Notes under the pieces: generated by a model
Database searches by the model: none
What the model was told of the DNA's origin: nothing
Seen by the model: only the letters and a program-made list of their open reading frames with translations
Made by a program: the position numbers and the translations under genes
In this document: in pieces, positions 50,105-62,785 of the stretch
How positions within the stretch are numbered: the first letter of the stretch is position 1
How the letters are laid out: each line of letters starts with the position of its first letter
Source of the DNA: Prorocentrum cordatum
Taxonomy: Eukaryota
DNA: 64,000 nucleotides
NCBI GenBank assembly: GCA_963575745.1
Contig: CAUYUJ010000070.1
Span: 372,001-436,000, forward strand
Reading direction: 5' to 3'

Positions 50105-50207
50105 ATGATGATGGTAATAAGATTAACGATAATGGTGATGATGACGTCGATGATGATGATGTTGATGCTGCTGCTGATGTTGATGCTGATGATGATGATG
50201 ATGATGC

Positions 50208-50298
<91 letters not shown>

Positions 50299-50435
50299 AA
50301 TGATGATGATGATGATGATGATGATGATGGTGATGGTGATGGTGATGGTGATGGTGATGGTGATGGTGATGGTGATGGTGATGGTGATGGTGATCATGAT
50401 GATGGTGATGATGGTAATGATGAGGTTGATTATGA
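50105..50435. repeat. (GAT)n / (GGTGAT)n tract
   Basis: Direct reading. Confidence 0.95.
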
Positions 50436-50569
50436 CAACGAGGAAGTGAGGAGGGCAGAGGCAGGGACAGGAGCAGGGATGGGGGAGGATGCGGAGAGCA
50501 GAAGCAAGGAGGGGGAAGGAAGGAGGAGGGGGGAGGAGGAGGAGAGGAAGGAAGGAAGGAAGGACCGCT

Positions 50570-50618
50570 GGGCGCTGTCACTTCAAAACGAGGACCCAGC
50601 ACCACAGGATGGTTGGGA
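50570..50618 (-). mobile_element. Family H head on the minus strand (truncated element)
   Basis: The reverse complement reads aa-ttcccaaccatcctgtggtgctgggtcctcgttttgaag. Confidence 0.8.
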
Positions 50619-51587
50619 ATTATTGGAGCAGCAACGCTCCCTGGCCCAGCGGCGACCCGCGAACGACACGCCGTTCTCTCCCAAGGATCGAGGCCACAGG
50701 ACCGCTGAGCCTCGCCGATGCGGAGCGAGACTTGAAGGTCGATGAGTTTTTTCCCCATGAGACTCGAGACCGAGGATTGATGAGGTTTGATCGCTTACCT
50801 GTGTTACTGTTAGGGTCTGGTCCCCCCCGAGCAGGAGGAGGGGCAACGATAGGGGGGTGGGACACGCATTGAGGGGGACACACCGACCCCCGATCGCCCA
50901 CTGATCGCCGATATGGGGCCTGATAGCCCCACCCCGCCTAGGAGCGTGCCGACTTGCGATCGGGGGCCTGTCGCGGGCGATGTATCGCCGATCCCAGGTC
51001 GATGTCTCCACCCCTCCAGATGTCAGCCCTTCCCCCTCACAGTGGATACCCATGCCAAGAAACACTCTACCTGCCTCCAGGGTGTTCTGGTTTTTGGGGG
51101 GTTTCGATGGTTTTGCCATGGACAGCGTGACGCCCCACTCCCAGATATCAGTGCACGTCCTGGGGTCTCCGTGTTGGGTTTCTTGTGGACGATTTCTTGT
51201 GGTCGAGCCCTGAAAAAACGTGAAGCCCCCCCCCGGCGGCGCCTCCGGCGCCGCCCCTGGCGCGCTCCGCGCGTCAGGGAGGGGGGCCCAGCGCAGATCT
51301 AAGAACTCCGCGCGGAGCGCCAGCAGCTTGTGTCCGTGGCGTGTTCTTTTCCTTCCCCTGCTGCTGGAGTGCCCGCCCCCCCCTTCTCGTGGCCCCTCTG
51401 AGGAGGAGCGGCCCCTCCGTCACACCCACGAAACCACCCCAACCCGAAGGCTTCAGTTTGCCCTTCATTTCCAGTGGGGGGGGGGGATCGGGGAACATCG
51501 AAAGAGCACATGGTCCCCGTGCCCCCCCCAACCCGAACTGCGGGTCAAAGTCGTGTCTTCGGGTTGGGTTGGGGTGGTCTGGTAGGT

Positions 51588-51793
51588 TCGGGGGAACGCA
51601 AGACCCGGGTTTGCCAGGACTCGGGTTCGCCATCGTTTTTTGACGACCGCGCCTCGGATTTTGACGAGGAGGAGTTTCGTGGGATGTCTGCAGCGGGAGG
51701 CCTCGTCAAAATGCAGGCTCGGCCTCGTCATTTTTTTGACGACCTCGTCGGGGATTTCCGAGTCCCCCGTACCCGGGTCTTACGTCTCCCCGA
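51588..51793. mobile_element. MITE with TCGG...CCGA ends and 5-bp TSD taggt
   Basis: taggt-tcgggggaacgcaagacccgggt ... acccgggtcttacgtctccccga-taggt. Confidence 0.82.
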
Positions 51794-52007
51794 TAGGTAG
51801 TCACTCCGAGGAGGCGCGGCCCCTTTGCTGCTGAGTGCTCGTGGCCCCTCCGAGGAGGAGCAGCGCGCCCCAGCCGCGCGCGCTGCGGCCGCGCCGCGGC
51901 CCGCGGCAGCCGCGGCCTCGCCGCAGGCCTCGCCGCAGGCCGCGGCAGCCCCGTCGCCCCCGACGGCCGCTGCGGCGTCGCCCTCGAGGGCGCAGGCCCA
52001 GGCCGCG

Positions 52008-52828
52008 CTCCTCCTCCTCCTCCTCCTCCTCCTCCTCCTCCTCCTCCTCCTCCTCCTCCCCTCCTGCTCCTGCTGGTCCTCCTCCTCCTCCTCCTCCTGC
52101 TCCTGGTCTCCCTCCTCCTCCTCCTCCTCCTCCTCCTCCTCCTCCTCCTCCTCCCTCCTCCTTCTCCTCCTCCTCCCCTCCTCCTCCTCCTCCTCCTCCC
52201 CCTCCCCCTCCCCCTCCCCCTCCCCCTCCCCCTCCTCCCCTCCTCCTCCTCCCTCTCCTCCTCCTCCTGCTCCTGCTCCTCCTCCTCCTCGCCTCCTCCT
52301 CCTCCTCGCTCCTCCTCCTCCTCCTCCTCCGCCTCCTCCCCTCCTCCTCCTCCTCCTCCTCCTCCTCCTCCTCCTCCTCCTCCTCCTCCCCTCCCCCTCC
52401 CCCTCCCCCTCCCCTCCCCTCATCCTCCTCCTCCTCCTCCTCCTCCTCCTGCTCCTGCTCCTCCTCCTCCTCCTCCTCCCTCCTCCTCCTTCCTCCTCCT
52501 CCTCCTCCTCCTCCTCCTCCTCCTCCTCCTCCTCCTCCTCCTCCTCCCCTCCTCCTCCTCTCCTCCCTCTCCCCCTCCCCTCCCCTCCCACCTCCCCCTC
52601 CTCCTCCTCCTCCTCTCCTCCTCCCTCCTCCTCCTCCTCCTCCTCCCCTCCTCCGCCTCCTCCTCCTCCTCCTCCTCCTCCTCCTCCTCCTCCCTCCTCC
52701 TCCTCCCTCCTCCTCATCCTCCTCCTCCTCCTCCTCCTCCTCCTCCTCCTCCTCCTCCTCCTCCTCCTCCTCCTCCTCCTCCTCCTCCTCCTCCTCCTCC
52801 TCCTCCTCCCTCCCTCCTCCCTCCTCCT
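52008..52828. repeat. Long (CCT)n tract
   Basis: Direct reading. Confidence 0.97.
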
Positions 52829-55800
52829 GGACAGCGCGACGTTCCCACACCCAGACTCAATGGACGTCCTGGGGTCTCAGGGTGGGTCTCTTGTGGAAGG
52901 TTTCTTGCGGCCGGGCCTCCACTGGGCTTCGCATCGCTCTGGCGGCTACGTTCTTGTTGTCCGGCCAGGGCCCCGGAGGAGCACCCGGGGTCAGCTCGTG
53001 CAGCAGGAAGCGCACGGAGGTGGGAGCGCGCACGGGGAATGGGCGCCCGCGCGATGGCGAGTGGGGGGGGCGGGGGATGGGCCCAGGGGGCGACGCGTCG
53101 ACCCCCAATCGCCCACGGATCGTCGACGGGGGTCTGATAGCCCCAACCCCGGCCCGCCCTCCGCCTCCCCTCCTGGGTCGGGCGAGGCGCACCCTGACAC
53201 CGCGGCGCGTGGCGTTTTAGTTACCTTTTCGTGGATCCCCTGGCGACAACTGGCGTGACCACGAGGGGCGGGTCGCGACTCGCGCCGACGCCGCTGGGGA
53301 ACGCTTCAGAATGTCCAGTTCCCAGGCGGCGCCGGCGCGAATCGTGACGTAACCAGGGGGGGGTGGAAGGGGGGGGGTCACGGAGTTGATTGCGAATCCT
53401 GGAATACACGTTTTTCTTCGCAGCCTTGCTGCTCAGTTTCAAGCCCCAGGGCCATCATAGATCGACCGGGCCCGAAACATGCATCAGAACGATGGGCTCT
53501 AGAGCTCCTCTCTGGATTCTTCTTGATGCTGAATTTTTGTTTGCAGCGTCGGCGGTCAGGGTTCTCAAAAGAGAAATAAACAAAACACACAATAAAACGA
53601 TAGCGCTACCCTTCCATTGTACGGGCCTCCTGGGAGGACCTTCGCCAAGGCTGGACTCCCCTCGACATCCTGGTCAGAACGCGCCCCTGGAGAGGGCGGG
53701 GGAGTCGCGGCATTGGTGCCTTGTTGCCCACCCAGGTCGGGCGATTCGTAGGGAGGGCGGCGACAGATGAGGGGGGGGGGGGGACGGGAACAGGGCTCGG
53801 CAGGGGCCCTGTCCTGGGGCCCCGGCAGTGCACGAACGGGGCACCGCCCGTCACCCCCCTCTCCCCGTTCGGCGCCCTCCACCGCGCCGCCCGACTTGGC
53901 TCAGGCCGCCTCCGGGTACCCCGGCCCAGGCCGTGGTCTTGGCATCGCCCGGACGTGTGCATTGCTCCGTCGGCGAGGACCATCGAGGAGCATCCTTGAC
54001 CCTCTGGCGAGCAAGCCACGCACGAAACCGACAAAAGCACATGGAGTGGACGTCCGATCCGAGGCCCGAAAACCATCACTTCACTAATTTTGGGCCCCAT
54101 GGCCCACTGAGGCCCCAGGGGCCCCAGATTAGTGAAGTGATGTTTTTTTCCACGTAAGGACCCCGAAATTCATCACTTCACTAAACCGAACCCAGGACGA
54201 AAGTCAGGGGCCGAATTGCTGCCGTGATGCCACATCGGCCTCGTATCCGAGCGATGGCCCGTGGCGGCTCTCCTCCGCCTCGTGCCCCTGGCGGGGCCGC
54301 GTCGCGGCGGGCGGTGGGGGCCCGCCGGGCGGCGCGCTCGGGGACGGGTCCCATATGGCCGCTTTGGGGGCGGCGCTGCGGCGCTCGCCCGGGCGGAGCC
54401 TCCTTCGACTAGACGTAGGAGTGACCTTTCGCCGGAGTAGCTTTTGGTGCGGGCACAGATGTGCCCCCAGATGGCCGAAAACGAAGCAGCAGCAGCAGCA
54501 GCAGCAGCTGCTGGCGCACCCAGGTTTGGTCCCCCCCCCCGCGGCCCCCCCAGAAGCCGCGCACCAAAGGTCGCTCTTACCCAGGGTCACTCTTGCGTGT
54601 AGCCGACTCCTTCCCGGAGCCGCGGACCAGATGGTAGGCTCTCGGCGGCAGGCAGTGCCCGGATTCCGGGCCCCTGCGCGCCAGCAGCCCCACGGTAGAC
54701 AGGGTGGCAAGGAGTGCGCGACCGCGAAGCCCCTCGGCAAGCGGCGGGCTCCCTCCCTCCTGCTTCGTGCCCCCTCCCGCCCTCCGTCCCTCCCCATCGC
54801 AGGATGCAGGTCCTGGGAAGCTGTGTTCAGCATCAGCGCTGGATATCCGTGGCCGACAACCGGCCTATTCTGGCAAATTGCCGTATAGTTCCGATCCCTT
54901 CCGCCCATTTCTTTTCAGCCCCGTTCAGTCTGGCTTAATCGGCGGGCAAGACTTGCATCCATGCCCAGTGAGTCTTGGGATTTCTTCGCAGGGGCACCAC
55001 ACGGCCTCGTGTTTCTGGGGAAGGGAGCCCGAAACTCCAAGCTGGAGTGGATATGGGTACAAGCCTTGCTCGCGTAATCCTAGGCTCAATCGGGCCTGAT
55101 ACGGCTTAGTGGCTGGCCCGGTGGCCTCGAATCGCTCACCGCCTCCCGCCCACCGCCTCCCGCCCCGTCCTCCATCCCTTCTCATCCTCCCTCCCCAGGC
55201 CCCCTAACGTCAGGAGCTTTTTCTGACGTGGACTCCCACAGGCAGGTCTCGACCCCTTCCCTATAGGACTGGCTTCTCCTCCTGCATCGCTTCTTGAGGG
55301 TGCCGGGTCTTGGCAGGGGCCCCCAGAGGCCGAAACCAGCATCTGTCGTTGTTTCTGACAACGCGGACAGGCCTGGGCATCCTCCCAGGCCCTCCTCCTC
55401 CTCCTCCTCCTCCTCCTCCTCCTCCTCCTTCTCTTCCTCCTCCTCCTCCTTCTCTTCCTCCTCCTCCTCCTCCCCCTCCTCCTCCTCCTCCTCCCCCTCC
55501 TCCTCCTCCTCCTCCTCCTCCTCCTCCTCCTCCTCCTCCTCCTCCTCCTCCTCCTCCTCCTCCTCCTCCTCCTCCTCCTCCCCCTCGCCGTCGGGGGCGC
55601 CCGAGAAGGCCACTCCAGGCGCCCAAGGCCGGCAGACTCCCCCCCATGCCCAGGCCTTCTCGACGACTGCAGACGCGTACGCAGCGCCCACCGCCGTGCA
55701 CGGCACGGACGCCACGCCGGCCGCCCGCTATGCTCCGCAGCCGCTGCTGGCGCCGCCGATCACCGTCGCGCCCGACGCGGTGCGCGCGGCTGCTGCCGGA

Positions 55801-56217
55801 CCTCAGAGGAGGAACAGGTAATTCTTTATATATTCGACACTGATAGTAAGGATGATCGATTTCCCAAGGGTACCCTTGCATCCTTGCCTCTTCGGTCATC
55901 TTCGGCCCATCTTTGACTACGTTCTATGGCTTGCCCCGCTCGAAAAGGTTTGACGTGGGCGTCCAAGGCCATTGCATCCTTATCGCGCATCCTTACTATC
56001 AGTTTTGGCTGTACTGCTACCCTTCTTTAGTTTTCACATGTTTTCGGCCTTCTGTGAGGCCCTCGTCGGCACGGCTGGATTTGCCCCGAAATCCTAGTTA
56101 GAACGCGCCCCAGGAGAGGTCCGTGTAGCAGCGGCATCGGTCAGGTTGAGGTGGCTGAAGGGTCTTACACCGTCCCTGGGTGCGTAGCTGGAGTGGCGTT
56201 CCGCGGGGCGGATTATG

Positions 56218-56219
56218 TT

Positions 56220-56294
<75 letters not shown>

Positions 56295-56363
56295 ATTGTT
56301 GTTGTTGTTGTTGTTGCTGCTGCTGCTGCTGTTGTTGTTGTTGTTGAGGTTGTTGTTGTTGTT
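56218..56363. repeat. (GTT)n microsatellite
   Basis: Direct reading. Confidence 0.95.
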
Positions 56364-56389
56364 ACTAGCGACGCTTGCTGGCGCCGGTA

Positions 56390-59300
56390 TAAACGGAGTA
56401 GTCGAAGTCGATTAATCCGTGTTTCCGATACACGGAGCTATCGAGTGCGATCACTCCGTGTATCGGATACACGGAGTAATCGAGTGCGATTACTCCGTGC
56501 ATCCAATATACAGGTGCCAACAGGAATCCAATTGGAATCTGCCTCGGATGCACGCAGTTATCGAGTGCGATTTTCCGTGTATCCCATATGCAGGTTCCAA
56601 CCGGAATCCAATTAGAATCTGTTTCGGCTACACGGAGTAATCGAGTGCGATCTGCCTCGGATACACGGAGTAATCGAGTGCGATTACTCCGTGTATCCCA
56701 TATGCAGGTTCAAATAAGAATCCCATTGGAAGTTGCCTCTGATACACGGAGTTAGCGAGTGCGATTACTCCGTGTATCCAGTATGCACGTTCCTATAGGG
56801 AATCGGCCGGGACCCGGCTGTGGAATCGGCCCCGGCGGCCTCTTGGGCGCCGGAAGCAGAAATTCAACACTTTCAAAGAAAGAATGCGTATTGAAATTAC
56901 CTTTTTTCGGCGCCGCCGCGGATCTCGATTTTCCAGCGCCCGCCAGCAGCATCCAATTAGAATCTGCCTCGGAAATACGGGGTAATCGAGTTCGATTTCT
57001 CCGTGTATCCAATATGCAGGTTCCAGTAGGAATCTAATTGGAATCTGCCTCGGATACACGGAGCAATCGAGTGCTATTTTCTCCGTGTATCCAAGATGCA
57101 GGTTCCAATAGGAATCCAATTAGAATATGCCTCGGATGCACGGAGTAATCGAGTGCGATCGCACCGTGTATCCAATATGCAGCTTCCACTGGGAATCCAA
57201 TTGGAATCTGCCTCGGGTACACGGAGTAATCGAGTGCGATTATTCCGTGTATCCGATACACGGAGTAATCGAGTGCGATTCTTCCGTGTATCCAGTATTG
57301 AGGTTCCTATAGGAAACCAGCGAATCTGCTTCGGATGCACGGAGTAATCGAGGTCGATTACTCCGTCTATCCCATATGCAGGTTTCAATAAAAAATCAAA
57401 TTAAAACCCTGCCTCGGATACACGGAGGAATCAGTGCGATAACTCCGTGTATCCAACATGCAGGTTCCAATAGGAATCCAATTGGAATCTGCTTCGGATA
57501 CTCGGAGTAATCGAGTGCGATTTTTCTGTGTATCCAGTATGCAGGTTCCAATAGGGAATCGGCCCGGACCCGGCTGCGGAATCGGTTCGGGAGGGCTCCC
57601 CCCGGGCGCTGGAAGCAGAAATTTAGCATTTTCAAAGAAAGAATGTGAATTGAATGGCCTTTTTTCGGCGCCGCCGCGGATCTCAATTTTCCAGCGCCCG
57701 CCGGCGTTATCCAATTAAAATCTGCCTCGGATGCACGGAGTAATCGAGTGCGATTACTCCGTGTATCCCATATGCAGGTTCAAATAAGAATCCCATTGGA
57801 AGTTGCCTCTGATACACGGAGTTAGCGAGTGCGATTACTCCGTGTATCCAATATGCAGGTTCCAATCGGAATCCAAGTAGAATCTGCTTCGGATACACGG
57901 AGTACTCGAGTGCGATTACTCCGTGTATCCAATTTGCAGGTTCCAATAGGAATCCAATAAGATTCTGCTTCGGGTACACGGAGTAATCGAGTGCGATAAC
58001 TCCGTGTATCCAATATGCAGGTTCCAATGAGAATCAAATTCGAATCTGCCTCGGGTACACGGAGTAATCGAGGTCGATTTTTCCGTGTATCCAATATGCA
58101 GGTTCCAGTAGGAATCCAATTGGAATCTTCCTCGGATACACGGAGCCATCGAGTGTGAGTACTCCGTGTATCTAATATGCAGTTTCCGATAGAAACCCAA
58201 CTGGAACCTGCTTCGGGTACACGGAGCCATCGAGTGCGATAACTCCGTGTATCCAGTATGCAGGGTCCAATCGGGAATCGGCCCCGACCCGGCTGCGGAA
58301 TCAGCCCGGGAGGCCGGGCGCTGGAAGCAGAAATTTAACATTTTCAAAGAAAGAATGTGTATTGAAATGGTTTTTTGTCGGCGCCGTCGCGGACCCGCGG
58401 ATCTCGATTTTCCAGCGCTGGCCGGCACCATCCAAGTAAAATCTGCTTCGGGTACACGGAGCAATCGAGTGCGATTACTCCGTGTATCCAATATGCAGGT
58501 TCTAATAGGAATCCCTGCTTCGGATACACGGACTAATCGAGTGCGATTACTCCGTGTATCGAAAATGCAGGTCCGAATCGAAATCCAATTCGAATCTGCC
58601 TCGGATACACGGACTGATCGAGTGCGATTACTCCGTGTATCCAATATGCAGTTTCCAATAGGAATCCAATTATAATCTGCTCCGGATACACGGGATAATC
58701 GAGTGCGATTACTCCGTTTGTACGATACACGGAATAATCGAGTGCGATTACTCGGTGTATCCAATATGCAGGTTCAAGTAGGAATCTAATTTGAATCTGC
58801 TTCGGATACACGGAGTCATCGAGTGCGATTGCTCCCTGTATCAGAGTCCAATAGGAATTCTAGACGCTTCGCGTATCCCCACCAGCCCGTCCAGAAACGA
58901 CGCCCAGGCGAGTAGAGGGTCGTCCTGAGGGGCTTTTCGGCGTCTTGGGTGCCTCGGGGGGGCCTTTGTGGGCCGTTCGGGATCCTCTTTGGGGCCTCCT
59001 GGGGGCCTCTTGGGGCCTCTTGGGGCCATCTTGGGGCCTTTGGGGGCCTCCTGGGCGCTTCTTGGGGCCATCTTTGCCCCCTCAGGAGGCTCAAATGGGG
59101 CCAACATCTTAGTAACATCAATGATTTTGGCTTCCTCGCCGAGGCCGTTTTGGACGCTCTGACCGCTCGCGACCCCCCCCGTCTAGGTCCACGGGGAGGG
59201 GGTAGGGGGAGGGGTAAACCCCTCCCCGAAGGGAAAGAGGGAGGGGTGGAAGAGGAAACGCCTTAAACCACCGACGCCCAGAGGGCTGGTGGGATTGCCT

Positions 59301-60208
59301 CGATCAGGGAAGTGGACAGCACACAGAGGAAGCCAGTATGAGACATCTTGGGATCTCTTGAGCCATCTTGGAGGTCATTTTGGGCTCTCCGAGGCGATCT
59401 TGGAGTCATCTTAATCAATGTCCCCCCCCCAAGAGGCCAACATGTGGCTAAAACCTTAGTGCACACAATGGTTTGACATTATCGCCGAGGCCTCTGGGAG
59501 CACCTTGGGTGCCTCTGGGGGGTCTCTTGGGGCCTCTTGGGGGTCTCTTGGGGGCCTCCTGGGGGCCTCTTGGGGGGCCTCTTGGGGCCATCTTGGGGCC
59601 ATCCTGCGGCCTCTTGGGGCATCCTGGGGGCCTCTTGCGGCCATCGTGGAGGAAATCGATCAAAGAAGCGGGGAGCTTTAATTAGCGCTGCCCCCTCAGA
59701 AGGCCAAAATGGGGCCCAAACCATAGTCAAATCAATGATTTTGGCTTCCTCGCCGTGGCCGTTTTGGACGCTCTGACCGCTCGCGGCCCCTCCTGTCCAG
59801 GTCAGTGGGGAGGGGGTAGGGGGAGGGGTAAACCCCTCCCCGAAGGGGAAGAGGGAGGGGTGGAAGAGGAAACGCCCTAAACCACCGACGCCCAGAGGGC
59901 TGGTGGGATTCAATTGGAATCTGCCTCGGATACACGGAGTAATCGAGTGCGATTGCTCCGTGTATCCAATATGCAGGTCCCAATAGGAATCCAATTATAA
60001 TCTTCCTCAGATACACGGAGTAATCGAGTTCGATTGCTCCGTGTATCCAAGACGCAGGTTCCAATAGGAATCCAATGTGAATCTGTATCGGATACACGGA
60101 GCAATCGAGTGCTATTTTCTCCGTGTATCCAAGATGCAGGTTCCAATAGGAATCCAATTAGAATATGCTTCGGATGCACGGAGTAATCGAGGTCGATTAT
60201 TTCGTGTA
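56390..60208. repeat. Satellite of ~81-bp palindromic monomers with three ~155-bp spacers, interrupted by family G insertions at 58858-59908
   Basis: Consensus ggaatccaattggaatctgcctc-ggatacacggagtaatcg-agtg-cgattactccgtgtatcc-aatatgcaggttccaata. Confidence 0.93.
58858..59908 (-). mobile_element. Two tandem family G Helentron-like units (58858-59294 complete; the second ends at 59908)
   Basis: On the minus strand the 5' end is tcccaccagccc and the 3' end is gggctggtgggg-at-acgc-gaa-gcgt-ctagaa. Removing the insert restores the satellite as taggaa|ttcaattgg, with no TSD needed. Confidence 0.78.
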
Positions 60209-60359
60209 TGCCAGCGCCAGGAGGCGTCGCCGGTTTGTTGGTTTTGTTGTTGTTGTCGGAGCTTCATTCCTGAATCATTGTTGATCTCCCTCGCCAGTGC
60301 ATACTGTTTGTTCTCAATCAAAGTGTGCCCCTCGACGCTCGCACCCTGTTTTTTGGCAG

Positions 60360-60920
60360 GGAAAGTCTTCCTGCTCAAACTGGGCCCCTGGCCCCCCGGA
60401 TTACAACAGCAACAACGGCTCCCGCCTGAGACTTCCTCCAAATTTACTCAGGACTCCGCCCCTGAGACTTTCTCACAATTTACCCAGGATCGATGTTCCC
60501 GCCTATGACTTCCTCGCAATTTAGTAAGGACTCCCGCTCCCATTTGAGACGCCCTGACAATTTACTCAGGAACGGCGCTCCCGCTTGAGACTTCCTCGCA
60601 ATTGAATCCAGATTTCCTCGCAATTTAATTAAGACCCCCGCCCCCGCCAGAAAACCCCTCACATGTTATTCGGGAATGGCGCTCTCGCCTGTGACCCCCA
60701 TGCAATTTATTCAGAAATCGCGCTTTCGACGCTCAGGAAACACGCTGCGCCAAGGACGCCGCTACAATTTACATAGTGACCGCGCTCTCGCCATACTCAG
60801 GCATCCCGCTTGAATGTCCCACCCGCCCGACCCGCCCGTCAGGGGATCGCCCGCCCGTCGTGGGCTCCCGCCCGAGACTTCCTTCTGGAACGGCGCTTTC
60901 ACCCAAGACTTCCTCGAACG
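60360..60920 (+). repeat. Degenerate ~36-bp minisatellite with a leader-like head
   Basis: ctcccgcctgagacttcctcgcaatttactcagga units. A second block at about 61570-61730 resumes at 62646-62740. Confidence 0.7.
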
Positions 60921-61149
60921 TTCACGCTCTTACCTTCCTGTTCCTCTTCCTTCTCCCTCCTCCCTTCTCCTTCCTCTCCTCCCTTTTCTCTCCCTCCTTT
61001 CTTCCCTCATCCTTATGCCTCTCTGCCCTATCCCCTCTCCCTCCTCTCCCTTCTCCCTCCCCTCTCATCCCTCCTCCCCCCCTCTTTCTTTCTACCTCTC
61101 CCTCTCTCTCTCTCTTTCTCTACCTCTTTGATCAGTCTTTTCTTTGTGT

Positions 61150-61217
<68 letters not shown>

Positions 61218-61730
61218 TCTCACTGACTCTAATCAACCGCCCATCTCTTCGCTCCTTCTCTCCTGGCGTTGTCCCTCTTCCTTCGTCCCTCCCCCTCCCC
61301 TCCTCCCACTCTCCCTCGTTCTCCCCCTCCTCTTTTTGCAGGGCCTACACCAATTCCAATGGCGGGCACATGTACGCCCACGAAGGATTGTCCACCCGTT
61401 CAGACTTGCCCGCCTATCTACGCCCGCCCCCCCCGCAGAGAGAAAGAATTCCCCAAAGGGGGTGTGATCGAAGACAAAGAGGGCGGGTATCGAAGGTGTG
61501 GGGAACTCGTTTTGAATGGCGCCCGGGCAAATAAGAGCGAACAGTCTTATAATGAGTGTTGTGTTGTTGCTGTGGGGAAAACCACCAGGCTCAAACTGCG
61601 TCGTTGGCCCCCGGGTTACAGCAACGACTCCCGCGCGAAACGCCCTTACAATTTAGCCAGGACCCCCGCTCCCGCCTGAGACTTCCTTGCAATTTACTCA
61701 GGAATCGCTCTCGCTTGGGGCTTCTATGAA

Positions 61731-62645
61731 TTCTAAACGCTTCGCGTATCCCCACAAGCGCCTCCACTCGCCGGCCTGGTCGCCGAGGTGCCGCGTGAGG
61801 CTTCGGCCCATTGGCTTTAGGTTAATTCGTTTTGGCGCGCCCCGCTCTGACTGGACACGCCGTCGGCGCCTTCGCCTGCGGCCGCTGTCCAGGCGAGTTG
61901 AGGTGATCAGGGAAGTGCGGCAGCAAAGAGGAGGACGGCCGAACCGTGCAAAGGAGTGAGGAGGAAAAGGAGGTGGATGGATGGATGGATGAGGGAGTGG
62001 GAAGAAGGAGGATGGATAGGAGGAGGAGGAGGAGGAAGAGGAGGAGGAGGAGGAGGAGGAGGAAGAAGAAAAGGAGTAGGAGCAGGAAAGAGAAACAGGA
62101 GGAAGAGAGGGGCAAACACAAGGGCCAGAGGTCTCTTGGATGCCTCCCGGAGCCTCTTGGAGTATCTTTTGCGCGATTATTAGTGGTTTCCTGGGACGTC
62201 TTGGGGGTCTCTTGGCGATCCTGGGGGGCTCTTCGGGGTCTTGGGTGCCTCGGGGGGGGGCCTCGGGGCCGCTTAGGGTCTTCTTGGGGGCCTCCTTGGG
62301 GCCTCTTAAGGGGGCCTCGCGGGCCATCTTGGGGCCATCTTGGGACCTCTTGGGGCCTCCTGGGCGCTTCTTGGGGCCATCGTGGAGGAGATCGGTCAAC
62401 GAAGGGGGGTCCCTCAATTAAGGTCCCCCCCCAGGAGGCCAAAATGGGGCCAAAACCTTAGTATAATCGATGATTTGGGCTTCCTCGCCGATGCCGTTTT
62501 GGACACTCTAACTACCCGCGCCCCCCCCGTCCAGGTCCAGAGAGGGGGGGGTATGGGGGAAGGGGTAAACCCCTCCCCGAAGGGGAAGAGGGAGGGATGG
62601 AAGAGGAAGCGCCCTAAACCACCGACGCCCAGAGGGCTGGTGAGA
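61731..62645 (-). mobile_element. Complete family G Helentron-like element
   Basis: aa|ttctaaacgcttcgcgtatccccac ... cccagagggctggtgaga|tt, inserted into the 36-bp minisatellite. Confidence 0.78.
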
Positions 62646-62785
62646 TTTATGCAGGAATCGCTCTCTCCGCGCTGTGGAGTCGCGCTCTCGCTTGAGACTC
62701 GCTTGCAATTAACTCAAGAGTCGCGCTCTTGCGTTGGAATTCCCCGCCATGTATTCTTCACCCTTCGCGTATCTCCACCAGCTGG

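Noticed and set aside
56390..60208. CRISPR or coding interpretation of the 81-bp palindromic array
   Set aside because: The segments between hairpins are conserved rather than unique, and the short ORFs simply repeat the monomer.
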